Shown piece after piece: positions 1 through 9,639 of a stretch of DNA of 53,333 nt. Positions within the stretch are counted from its first letter, which is position 1; the number at the start of each line of letters is the position of its first letter. Where the stretch lies: the NCBI GenBank assembly GCA_032718475.1, contig JAUCBJ010004023.1, forward strand, positions 1 through 53,333, in the 5' to 3' direction. Source of the DNA: Nemertoderma westbladi. Its lineage: Eukaryota > Animalia > Xenacoelomorpha. A program made the translations under genes and the position numbers. The notes under the pieces are model-generated. The model was given only the letters and a program-made list of their open reading frames with translations, did not search any database and had not been told where the DNA came from.

Positions 1-171
1 CTTGTGCAGAAATATCGTAACGAACTGGAATTTCTACGCAGCGCTACCCCTCAACAAAGAACTTATTTTATTAACCATACCGCGAGTAACGAATTAATAC
101 GGCTCATTGTAAATACTGCATTAAATGTTCTAAAAGGTAACGTACAATTAACCCCTCATTCATTTAGAAAT

Positions 172-576
172 TTGGATTTAAAAGTTGTCTTCCAAACCAG
201 CTGTAGGCTATCCTCCCTTTTCCCGTACAAGGATCAGATTCCTGAACACATACGGTCGGGTGTTGTGTACCATTATAATTGTGGAAGCTGCGATGCTTCT
301 TACATTGGACGCACTATACGCCACCTGGCTAAACGTGTTGAGGAACACACTGGCTTTTTGTACAACTCCGGAAAATTCTCCCGTCCAAAAAATTCTTCTA
401 TCTTTGAACACTCCTCCACCGCCGATCATCCCACGTTAAAAGAAAATTTCAGCATCTTATCAACATCCCGTAACTTGCGCGAACTTCTAAAGAGACTTAA
501 AGAGACTTTATTCATTAGGAAACTTCGCCCCACTTTAAATGACCAAACAACTTCGACTTTCCTTTCCCTACTGTAG
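172..576 (+). CDS. Penelope-type GIY-YIG endonuclease domain, fused in frame to the Polinton ORF (ORF 4..576)
   Basis: FPYKD..SGVVYHYNCGSCDASYIGRTIRHLAKRVEEH..SSIFEH..ENFSIL..ETLFIRKLRPTLN, the typical Penelope C-terminal endonuclease pattern. Confidence 0.85.
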   Translation: MDLKVVFQTSCRLSSLFPYKDQIPEHIRSGVVYHYNCGSCDASYIGRTIRHLAKRVEEHTGFLYNSGKFSRPKNSSIFEHSSTADHPTLKENFSILSTSRNLRELLKRLKETLFIRKLRPTLNDQTTSTFLSLL

Positions 577-887
577 TTCCTTGATATACCCCCCCCCCCC
601 CCCCCCCCCCCCCCGCCCCTACCTCACGTACTGCCTTATTCGTGTACCGGTAGGTCCGACTTTCTTACTGGACTGTCTTATACTATCCGCTCTGTTGTTT
701 CCTGTAGTACTGTACTGCTGTACACGCCTTCCATATTCAATTACAACCTTTTTTTGCACACTAGCCACACCCATTATTTTGTAAATTGTTTTTTTTTTGT
801 ATTGTTATTTCAATCTTCACCAGCCTTATTATTGTATTTTGTATTTAGTACTGTCTTTCACTAATTTTCAGGTATTTATTTGTTTTT

Positions 888-928
888 GCTTTGAAAATGA
901 TTATTGTTTAATAAATCGAAACGTCAGC
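888..928 (+). ncRNA. Degenerate minimal hammerhead ribozyme motif of the Penelope pLTR
   Basis: GCT-TTGAAAA-T-GATTATT gttt AATAAATC-GAAAC-GTC-AGC. Stems and GAAAC/GTC are present, but CTGANGA is degenerate (TTGAAAA). Confidence 0.5.
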
Positions 929-1240
929 TGTTTTTTAGAATCTTTATTTCTCAAATCATGAAGTTTAAGATATTTGCGCTGTTTATTGTTGCCTTAATAA
1001 GCTTCAGGTTCCCAGCAACTCAAACTCTATCATTTAGAAATATTCGCCGCTATAAGAAGGTATTGAAATCACTCAACCGTAAAACAAAAAATATATCAAG
1101 TTACAGAAAAAAGTTAAGCAATCAATCTGGAGGCATACTACCATTTCTAATACCCTTACTTGGCATTGGTGCGAAACTCGTGCCGGTGCCGCTGCCGCTG
1201 GAGCGGCTATTGCGAAAAAAATTAACCGAGGACGGTAATA

Positions 1241-1411
1241 ATGGTTAAAACAGGAGTAACATTTAGAAAATTATATTTAGTATCGAGTAAACCGTTAGCT
1301 GCTGATTTAAAACCACAAGATATACCTAGAGTAAATACTACAAAAAGAAAACCCTTCAAAACATCAACTTCAAAGAAAATAATTAAAAAATTTCAGTTGT
1401 TCTTACGGTGA
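1241..1411 (+). CDS. Small basic Polinton ORF (56 aa), possibly truncated
   Basis: ATG 2 nt after the pX-like stop; MVKTGVTFRKLYLVSSKP...; Lys-rich; fills the gap before the integrase. Confidence 0.35.
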   Translation: MVKTGVTFRKLYLVSSKPLAADLKPQDIPRVNTTKRKPFKTSTSKKIIKKFQLFLR

Positions 1412-1462
1412 TGCCCTTTATAAGAGATTTGAATATACATATTACTTGCGGTTGTCGAAAAG

Positions 1463-2551
1463 ATGCCTCGCAAGATGAAACCGATTTTAAGCCGAAGCTT
1501 AGACAAAAAACTGTTAAGAATTTATTTAGATCCATCATCCCCCGCGGGTTTTGCAAGTGTTGCAAAATTAGCAAAAGCGGCAAACATCAAACCAGCCCAA
1601 GCCAAGAAATGGTTGAGCGGGCAAAAGACATACACCCTTCACGCTCCACGTAGACATCATTATCCAACATCTAAAATATTTACGGGGGGTTTAAAAGATA
1701 TATATATGATAGATTTGGTGGATATGCAGCAATATAAATCGCAAAATAATAATTATAACTATATATTAATATGTATTGATGCCTTTAGCAGGCTTGCTTT
1801 TGGCTATGGTATGAAAACAAAAAAGGGTGTTGAAATTATTAGTATATTGCAAAAAATATTCCAGAAAGGAAAACCAAACAGAATCGCGACTGATCAAGGG
1901 TCTGAGTTTCTAAATAAATCTGTAGGATAATATTTAGATACGTTAGGTATACAGTATTACGTAATGTATTCTGTGAATAAGGCGGCTATTGTCGAGAGAT
2001 TCAATAGAACATTAAAAACAAAGATGTTCAAAATTTTTACACAACGAGGAAATAATGTTTGGATTAAAATTTTACCTAAGCTTATCTCGGCTTATAATAG
2101 GTCATATCATAGGACAATAAAAATGACACCTATTGAAGTTAATAAATTTAATGAAACTGAATTAATGAATAGATTATATGGGAAATATAGACAGATTAAT
2201 CATAAGAAAATAAAATTTAAAGTTGGAGATACAGTACGATTATCTATCGCTCGTACTGCTTTTGCTAAAGGCTATCGTGAACAATGGACACGTGAATTAT
2301 TTATTATTCATCGTGTCAGGTTGGATAGAGTACCTGCTGTAATGTTCGATATTAAGGACAGCGCTGGAGCTATAATAAAGGGCTCATTTTATTCTCACGA
2401 ACTCCAAAAGGTCCACCCGAATAGTAATATTTATCTAGCAATTGATAAAAATATTGGCAAACTTAAAGAACGTGTACGCAATGGAAAGAAAGAATATTTA
2501 GTCCGATTCATCGGATCCAAGAAACAGTCGTGGGTACAGCATATTCAATAA
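1463..2551 (+). pseudogene. Polinton retroviral-like (rve) integrase with one in-frame nonsense codon and a C-terminal chromo-like segment
   Basis: IDLVDM, CIDAFSR, TDQGSEF, KAAIVERFNRTLK, YNRSYHRTIKMTP, FAKGYREQWTRELF, EYLVRF..SWV. ORFs 1463..1930 and 1964..2551 share a frame and are separated by TAA 1928-1930. Confidence 0.93.
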
Positions 2552-2812
2552 GCTTAGGTTTATACTGTATATTAATTCATTTTGGTCGCATATGACCGTA
2601 ATTAATCAATCAATATTAACTCGAATGATATTACTATATCTATAGTTCATCCGTTTTAAATAAAGCCAATAAAATATTGATCCCGCACATATACTGTAGA
2701 AGATGCACGACAATGAACGTGGTCACAGATGTCTATAATTTAACATTATACTGTACTGTATGTACAATGGAGTCAAGTAGAGAGAGAGAGAGCTTAAATA
2801 ATAATAATAATA

Positions 2813-3685
2813 ATGGCCACAGATACATATATCACTCTACTTTCAGATAGCTCATTAAACACTTACCCCAATAATAATCCTAGCGAGTTTACTGTTGATT
2901 TAGCCGAAGAATTATATATTGGTCCAAACGCTAAAATTGGGCTTGCCGAGCTTCAATACCAAGCAACATACAGTAATATTACGCTGCAAACTCAAATCTC
3001 ACTGTCAATCGGGGTAGATGCAAAAGATGCCAAATTATATAGTTTATTTCCTGGTATGCATAACTCTATTCAAGTCATTATTGATGATATAAATAAACTG
3101 TTTAATTCTGAAGCGAAATATAGAGATTTCGAATTCATTTTTAATACAAATAATTCTAGAATTAAATTTAAATTTCCTAAAAAGTTGAAAAAAATACAAT
3201 TAAGTCTACGTGGTGATTTAATACAAATTCTAGGCTTAAAACCGTTATTGGATCGGAATCATCCGGATATTCCGAATTGGGATATATACAGTACCACTAC
3301 AGTAGATGAATTAAGCAATATAGAACAGCCGATATTAATTTTAAATTATAGCGGACCAAAAATTTCGGAAATTGGCATTTTAGATTTTCCAGCTCCCACG
3401 AATATAACACGTAATAAAGACACTATCTTTATATATACAGATATTATTAAGAGCTCATTTGTTGGTGACGCTTTAGCTCCGCTCTTAAGAACCTGCCCTT
3501 TAACGCAATTAAATCGAAAATATATTAATCACGAATACGAGAGCATTTGCTATTACCCGTTGTTGAATAAAAAACTAAAAACAATCTTAATTACTTTACG
3601 TGACGGACAAGGCGAATTAATTAATTTTAGCGGAGGTCGCACTGTTATAACACTTAAGTTAATACGGGGTGGCAGTGATGGATGA
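2813..3685 (+). CDS. Minor capsid protein (penton) 1
   Basis: YITLLSDSS..YPNNNPSEFTVDL..IGLAELQY at the N-terminus; IFIYTDII..VGDALAPLLR..YYPL..ITLRDGQGELINF..TVITL at the C-terminus. Confidence 0.85.
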   Translation: MATDTYITLLSDSSLNTYPNNNPSEFTVDLAEELYIGPNAKIGLAELQYQATYSNITLQTQISLSIGVDAKDAKLYSLFPGMHNSIQVIIDDINKLFNSEAKYRDFEFIFNTNNSRIKFKFPKKLKKIQLSLRGDLIQILGLKPLLDRNHPDIPNWDIYSTTTVDELSNIEQPILILNYSGPKISEIGILDFPAPTNITRNKDTIFIYTDIIKSSFVGDALAPLLRTCPLTQLNRKYINHEYESICYYPLLNKKLKTILITLRDGQGELINFSGGRTVITLKLIRGGSDG

Positions 3686-4523
3686 ATTCTACGTAAGACT
3701 ACCAAGTAACTCCTGTCCAATTGATTTTCCCCGCAATAGCGCTAGTAATTATCAGATCAATTTCCATGGCGCCTTACCTATAAACCCAAACGAAAACTGG
3801 GTGGTAGGTATAAAAAGTATATTTTACTTAGCAACGTTGCCGTCCATGTATAACAATGTAGAGAATGTTATTTTATTAAAAAAAGGAAAAAAAAATTTTG
3901 AGGATACACTTCCATCCGGTTTGTTCTACAGTATCAATGACATTATAGATTATTTTAACACGGGGGCGTTGAAAGATAAATTACAAATAGTTGAAAATAC
4001 TCAGCAAAATAGGTTGCAATTTATTTTAGGGAAAACTGTGCGAGAGTTATTTATAGGTCAACAATTAGCCTATTATTTTGGAATTACTGAAAATAATCTC
4101 GGCGCGAATTTAAATCCAAATTTTAAAATTATTTTGAAGACGAAAAATAACATAAAGGGTTATATAATAAAGGTTATCGGAAATGGAGAAAAAGCTTACC
4201 AGATGGTATTGTTATGCCCTCAACCACCCAATTCTATTCCAGAACCTAAGTCGAACATGTACGTGACTACTAATATAATTGAAAATCAATATATTAATGA
4301 CTTTGGTTTAGCTTTACTTCGTCGTGTTGCGATACCTGATGACGTGAAATATGGTAGCGTAATAAATAAAGAATTTGTCAAGGATACAATTCATTATATC
4401 CCTGTAAAAAAATCATATAAGATAACATACATTCATATTGAAATAACAGACAAAGAAGGAAAAGATTTGAATTTTGAATACGGGACAACATCTATTACAT
4501 TACACTTTAAACGAATAAATTAA
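3678..4523 (+). CDS. Minor capsid protein (penton) 2, divergent paralog
   Basis: FYVRLPSNS..FPRNSASNY..WVVGIKSIFY; MYVTTNIIE..LALLRRV..HYIPV..IHIEITDKEGKDLNF..TSITLHFKR. The ATG overlaps the end of penton 1. Confidence 0.85.
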   Translation: MDEFYVRLPSNSCPIDFPRNSASNYQINFHGALPINPNENWVVGIKSIFYLATLPSMYNNVENVILLKKGKKNFEDTLPSGLFYSINDIIDYFNTGALKDKLQIVENTQQNRLQFILGKTVRELFIGQQLAYYFGITENNLGANLNPNFKIILKTKNNIKGYIIKVIGNGEKAYQMVLLCPQPPNSIPEPKSNMYVTTNIIENQYINDFGLALLRRVAIPDDVKYGSVINKEFVKDTIHYIPVKKSYKITYIHIEITDKEGKDLNFEYGTTSITLHFKRIN

Positions 4524-4524
4524 A

Positions 4525-5086
4525 ATGGATTCTGATTTATTTCAAAGATACAGTAAACCTCAATATGGTGGTGCAGACTCGAATCTTGCTGTTTTTAAAG
4601 GTGGAAGAAGTACCAGAGGGTCGATGCAAGTTCCTGTTTTTCGAGGTGGTTCATATATTGACCCTTACGGTCAACAAATTGGCACATTTGGTTGAAACTT
4701 AAAACAACGTCGTTTTCAGCGTTATCGTAGAGGTATGCGGGCAAATCAACACGGAGAAGGTATATTTACAGACGCTTTATCGACATTGAAAAAATTTGGT
4801 AAGCCATTAGCTAAAAAAGTTTTACAGAAAGCTTTACCATTTACCACAAAATTTATGAGACAACACGTAATACCAAAAGGTAAGCGGGTCTTACATCAGC
4901 AGGCTAATACGGTTATTAATAAAGCATTAAATAAAATGAAACCGTCAACAAGGTCAGTTGTAGAAAAAGTTTATAGAGATTTAAAGCGACCCGCTAGACC
5001 AATGTCTATGAACATACATCATCGACGTAGTAAAAAGAGAAATATAAAAGGCAAACTGAAACACTGCGGAAAAAAGTATTTTTTAA
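4525..5086 (+). pseudogene. Arg/Lys-rich core protein (pVII-like) with putative protease sites; in-frame TGA and a 3' frameshift into the MCP frame
   Basis: MDSDLFQRYSKPQYGG..VFKGG..VFRGG..*(4693-4695)..QHGEGIF..KKFGKPLAKK. The probable original end, EKSIF**, lies in another frame (TAA 5084-5086). Confidence 0.65.
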
Positions 5087-5088
5087 TA

Positions 5089-6348
5089 ATGTCAATTATT
5101 AAGGAATTAGATTTATTTTCTACACAGCCAATACAGACTGAATTTAAAGCAAAGCATTATGAAACAATTTACCCCGTATCTAATCTCAGAAGTGAGTCTA
5201 GAGAAGTCACGTTCCTTGTACCGAGATCCAATGAATTCTATACGAAACTGCAAGATGCGTTATTAATTACAAAATGTACTGTACGATGGGATAGACGACT
5301 TGAAAACTCCCATATATATATGCTGAATTACCCCGCTGAAACTATGTGGAGTGATATTAAAATAGACCTTAATGAGAAGCAGGTTGAAAATAGCAATAAC
5401 CATTATTTCTACAAGTCGTACTTATCCAATTTATTATTTACAACTTACGAGGATAAAAATGGGCTACTGGGTGCGGGTGGCTTTCATCAACCTTTATCTG
5501 AGCACGGAAATGAAATTGATCCCGGCGCGCATCCTATTGGCGATGCCTTTAGTAAACAAATGCAATTTGTAAGTGGATTGACGATTGATTTTGATACTGA
5601 AAGCAAAATAATACAACCCGGGTATGATTTAAGAATGCATTTTAGAAAAGTATCAAATTTGTTTATTTTTAAAATCACTCCAAACGCAAACGCGGTGACA
5701 AATCTTCGGCTAGAATTAGATGAAATAAAGATTCTAATCCCTAGAATGGAGGTTAATCCTGTAATAGAAAGCAGTCACCTAAAAGGTTTAGAGAGTTACG
5801 ATATTGAATATCAATTTCAAAAAAAGGAGGTTACAACATTTACTATTCCCGCTCAAACCACAAATTACACCCAAACAAACATATTTGATGGTAAAAAACC
5901 CAAATTAGTTATTATTGGCTTCATAACAAATAACGCTTATTCGGGAGAATTAATTAGCAATCCCTTGAAATTTGAACATTTTAACCTTAGACGCGCGGAA
6001 CTGATTGTAGACGGTCTTCCAGTAGGTGGTGTAATATACGAGCCTAATTTTACAGATGGAACATATATTTTTGAGTATACTCAATTAATGAAGAACATTA
6101 ATACATATATTAACGGTTATGGAGGTAATAATATAGACCATGAAACCTACTTAGGTAATTGCCCCATCCTATCCAGGGACTTAACTGCCGATGGCTATGT
6201 TAGAGATCCGCAACCGTCGATATATACTAATGGCCAATTAAAATTAAGATTTGCTGAACCGTTGGTTGAAACCATAAATGTAATCGTTTTTAATATTTAT
6301 GATCAATCATTAAGTTTAAATAGCAGGAAAGAAATACATATCGATTAA
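5089..6348 (+). CDS. Major capsid protein (double jelly-roll, hexon-like)
   Basis: MSIIKELDLFSTQPIQT, YETIYPVS, YFYKSYLSNLL, NIFDGKKPKLVIIGF, NPLKFEHFNL, DLTADG, LRFAEPL..TINVIV. Located between penton/core genes and the protease. Confidence 0.9.
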   Translation: MSIIKELDLFSTQPIQTEFKAKHYETIYPVSNLRSESREVTFLVPRSNEFYTKLQDALLITKCTVRWDRRLENSHIYMLNYPAETMWSDIKIDLNEKQVENSNNHYFYKSYLSNLLFTTYEDKNGLLGAGGFHQPLSEHGNEIDPGAHPIGDAFSKQMQFVSGLTIDFDTESKIIQPGYDLRMHFRKVSNLFIFKITPNANAVTNLRLELDEIKILIPRMEVNPVIESSHLKGLESYDIEYQFQKKEVTTFTIPAQTTNYTQTNIFDGKKPKLVIIGFITNNAYSGELISNPLKFEHFNLRRAELIVDGLPVGGVIYEPNFTDGTYIFEYTQLMKNINTYINGYGGNNIDHETYLGNCPILSRDLTADGYVRDPQPSIYTNGQLKLRFAEPLVETINVIVFNIYDQSLSLNSRKEIHID

Positions 6349-6350
6349 GT

Positions 6351-6806
6351 ATGTTATCTACAGAGGACCTTGATATGTTTCCAGTGGGTGGTCACTATTT
6401 GGGTGCGTTTCCAGCTAATAAATTACCTAAATTAGATAATAATAATAAGCGAAGAGACTATGGCTTAATAGTAAATACCGATAAAGAGCATCTGCCTGGG
6501 ATTCATTGGATCGCAATATATATACGAGATAATGAGGCTGAATTATTTGACTCGTTTGGACCAAAATATCCAAACAGATGCATCGAAAAATGGCTTGAGA
6601 AAAATTCCGCAAGATGGCGTACTACTCGCAAACAATTTCAAGACCCTAGGAGGACCACATGCGGACTATACTGTCTCTAATATTTGGTAAATCGAATTCA
6701 CACAAATTATCCAATGAGTGCATTTACAAATAATGTGGAAATAAATGAAATAATATTATATAAATGGCTTGTTAATTATTATAAAATAAACCAACAAGCG
6801 TTGTAA
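6351..6806 (+). pseudogene. Adenain-like cysteine protease with a premature TAA at 6678-6680
   Basis: GAFPANKLP, IVNTD..PGIHWIAIY, LFDSFG, Q..TTCGLYCL. The frame stays open after the stop (YLVNR..FTNNVEINE) to TAA 6804-6806. Confidence 0.88.
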
Positions 6807-6837
6807 TTAATCATTTAACTTTTGTTTATCAGATAAA

Positions 6838-7440
6838 ATGGATAATATTATTTTTGTTGATTTTCAATATTATAAGATAGACAATAAAGAGTATCCGGTA
6901 GTATTTAAAGAATTTGCTATATTCGATTCTAATTACACCAAAACTAATGTAAAGACGTTTTTAATTAAAGGCCCACCTAATATTAAGTTATCAGCATTAG
7001 ATGCAGCCCACGTAAACAATTTACGGGATATGACTTCTCACTTGCCCTAGGACTACGGTGACATTTCCCAAGATGAGTTTAAAAATTATATGAAGAGACA
7101 TTTAAAATATAAAAAAAACATTCATGTATTTGGGTTGCTGAAGCGGGCAATATTAGTTTCCCAACTCGATGTTCTCGCGTCAAATTCGGTGGAGAGATTG
7201 GGAATATATAAGCAATATCACGATTATTTAACCCCCTGTCGCTTTCACGATCAATTTATTCCACTAGAAAATAAATGTGCGTTCCACTTAAACATAAAGG
7301 ATAACTGTCTGCGGTATTGCTCAGCAAAACGCATTGGGGGGTATGAGATGCTACACTTTTTCATGAGAAAGCGTTTAACTGCGACTGATGATGATAAACA
7401 GAAAGATATAACTGCGGTGGAAGATGTACTCACACTGTAG
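6838..7440 (+). pseudogene. Conserved Maverick-type small protein, possibly DEDD/RNase H-like fold; in-frame TAG at 7048-7050
   Basis: IIFVDFQ..VFKEFAIF..TFLIKGPP..HLP*DYGDI..IHVFG..K..C.FH..CAFH..CS. The two ORFs share a frame, and the TAG is probably a former TGG. Confidence 0.6.
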
Positions 7441-8090
7441 GTTTAACAGCGGTGGAAGATGTACTCTTACAGTAGGTTTACTCTAAGCTTGTAATGTGAT
7501 GGGATAATATATTTGTTTTAATGTCAATAAAAAATAATAAAAACATTAAAATCTTTTTTTATATCGCTGTTTACACTCACAAACACACCACACCTATCGG
7601 TATCAGAGTTTAACTACCAGTAGCTAGCCGACTTTACACATACAGACATATAGAATGGTGGAATGGGGCCCTTCTAGACTGTCAGCAACCACAAGGTTTT
7701 AGCGTTGTTACTTACTAAATTAACTCAACATGGAGGGTTTGTGAATGCGGCATTAGAGAGGCCCACCTAACAATAGGCCTACTGGTACCAACGGCCCTGT
7801 ATACCAGTACTTGAGGATAGAGCAAGAGCATACCGGACTGTCGGTTTCTTTGATTTAAGGATTACACTATTACACTTGAATGCTTCCAATTTTCTGTTTA
7901 CAACTTTAATTGGTCTAATCTACATTACTGCGGGCGGGCGGGCTACTACTGTCGCATAGGTAAGCCTATACAGCTATAGTTAACTTTATGCGGGGCCCTT
8001 TTTCGAATGTTGACCAAATATGGTTTATGGTTAACCTTTAGTACTCGCGGATAGGTAAGGTACACTTTCATTCGGTTAGGCATATAGGCC

Positions 8091-8430
8091 TAATGACTAC
8101 TCCTCAACTGATAGTTGACTAGCTCATTGATACAATAGGTGTGGTTAGGTACCGGTAGGGCTATAGGTCCTATAAAATCCCCCTCACACTCTCTGTTACT
8201 AACTTTCTACATTCACTCTTGAGCGCCATCATTCAACCAGTCATATAATGACTCCACTCGGATACAATAGGTGTGGCTCTCGGTATACCTAACTAAGCCT
8301 ATATAAAATCCACCCCATTCTCTGTTACTAACATTCACTCTATGTTGACGGGGGGGGGGGGGGGGGGGACTATATAAAACATAGTTAATTTATTTATGTA
8401 TTCGCTTTTTTTTTTTAATTATATATAAAA
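8091..8430 (+). promoter_or_regulatory. Duplicated promoter-like unit and cluster of four TATA boxes
   Basis: Two copies of TAATGACT..GATACAATAGGTGTGG..CCTATA(TA)AAATCC..CTCTGTTACTAAC..CATTCACTCT. TATA boxes at 8171, 8300, 8371 and 8422. Confidence 0.5.
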
Positions 8431-8514
8431 TAGATTTGGTCTACTAAGTTTTATAAGCAACAATAACTGATAGGCCTAACAATAACAATAACAATAACAA
8501 CAACCCTAAATTTA

Positions 8515-8955
8515 TTACTGTATTATACTTTTTATAGTCCTATAATGTGGGTCCCTCTGTAGAGTTTCCTCCATTGCCGGTACCTGTAAATGGTTGTTTA
8601 TAGGCCGGCTAACTTCTACCGGTCTTTGTGTTGGTATATTGAAGTGAAGCGTGTCATCAACATCATTCTCCCAATTTTCGCTAGAGGGTGAGCTTCCCGA
8701 TATTCGCAATGGTTGTATCTTTATAACAAGCGAGAAATCTTTTGAAATTTCAACCGTTGTAGGCGATAAAGGTAGACCATCTACTTGACCTACTCCATAT
8801 TCTATCGAAGTAAACCCGATCTCAAATTTTTTGTTTATATATCGCAACTCCATCTCAGCAATATTGGATGCTGCGAGATATGTTTCGTCGCTTGATTGCA
8901 ATTCGATTTTGATACAACTCTTCAACTCACGGTTATTGAAAAAGGCGAATGTCAT
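8515..8955 (-). CDS. Hypothetical Polinton protein (146 aa)
   Basis: Open ATG-started ORF co-oriented with the PolB block; TATA-like sequence about 140 bp upstream; no recognised motif. Confidence 0.55.
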   Translation of the reverse strand: MTFAFFNNRELKSCIKIELQSSDETYLAASNIAEMELRYINKKFEIGFTSIEYGVGQVDGLPLSPTTVEISKDFSLVIKIQPLRISGSSPSSENWENDVDDTLHFNIPTQRPVEVSRPINNHLQVPAMEETLQRDPHYRTIKSIIQ

Positions 8956-9639
8956 GTTCGAGTTGAGGTAAGTTGTCGTCGTCGTCGTAACTAGGTACCG
9001 GAAAGAGTATCTTTAAATTGAATAGGTAGGCCTACTGATATTTTTTTCTTCTTTTGTTTAACAAAATTATAGTTCACTGTCAGAAAAATTGAGTTTATAT
9101 ATATTTTTGTAGAGGGTCGCAGATGTGTACATTACAAAATTCTCATAGTTAACAAAATGCACAACATAAACCTTTCCCATGCGGATTAGCGATATATGCT
9201 CTGGTCGTTGTTCTATTCTGAATGTAGGGAGATGCATAGCCGATGTTTAAATGATATGTACCGGTATACAGACTAGTAACAGATAGGAGGGCATCGTCTT
9301 TGACTATGAATACCAGCACATAGCCCTAATCTTTTCTCACCGAGCTTAGCGTTGCCCACCGCACTCTCGCACACTCATAAGTAACAGATGCGCTATTGTA
9401 ACTCACTCGTGAGCAACAATGCCAAGTTAGCTAGCTAGCTAGCTACAGCCTCTGAGTATACTATGCCTACTTGAGTGTTACAAGCAACAATCGCTCTATC
9501 GAAGTTAATTTCCTCTCAAACTAGTTGTTGATTTTAAAAAAATATTCATAATTTTTTTCCAACCAATTTAATATATATATATATTTTAGTAAAAATCTCC
9601 ACCACCAAACAGCAACAACAACAATAAATTTCACTCACA

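Larger units (their letters stand above)
172..1029 (+). mobile_element. 5'-truncated Penelope-like retroelement
   Basis: GIY-YIG coding tail followed by a pLTR-like segment, flanked by the perfect 12-bp direct repeat TCATTTAGAAAT (160-171 and 1030-1041). Confidence 0.85.
4..1238 (+). pseudogene. Polinton basic core protein (adenovirus pX/Mu-like), split by a Penelope insertion and frameshifted near 1180
   Basis: Removing the insert and one TSD copy joins ...LNVLKGNVQLTPHSFRN to IRRYKKVLKSL...QSGGILPFLIPLLG. Another frame continues AGAAAAGAAIAKKINRGR* (TAA 1236-1238). GG-ILPxLIPL resembles adenoviral pX. Confidence 0.75.

Noticed and set aside
904-1248. 114-aa ORF with an apparent signal peptide
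   Set aside because: It is a chimera of Penelope terminal sequence and the 3' half of the pX-like gene across the TSD.
1928-7050. Alternative genetic code or readthrough explaining the in-frame stops
   Set aside because: The stops are of all three types (TAA, TGA, TAA, TAG) and occur alongside frameshifts and an insertion, so decay is the simpler explanation.
7409-7480. Tandem duplication of about 35 bp at the end of ORF 7090..7440
   Set aside because: It is a real local duplication but has no evidence of function.
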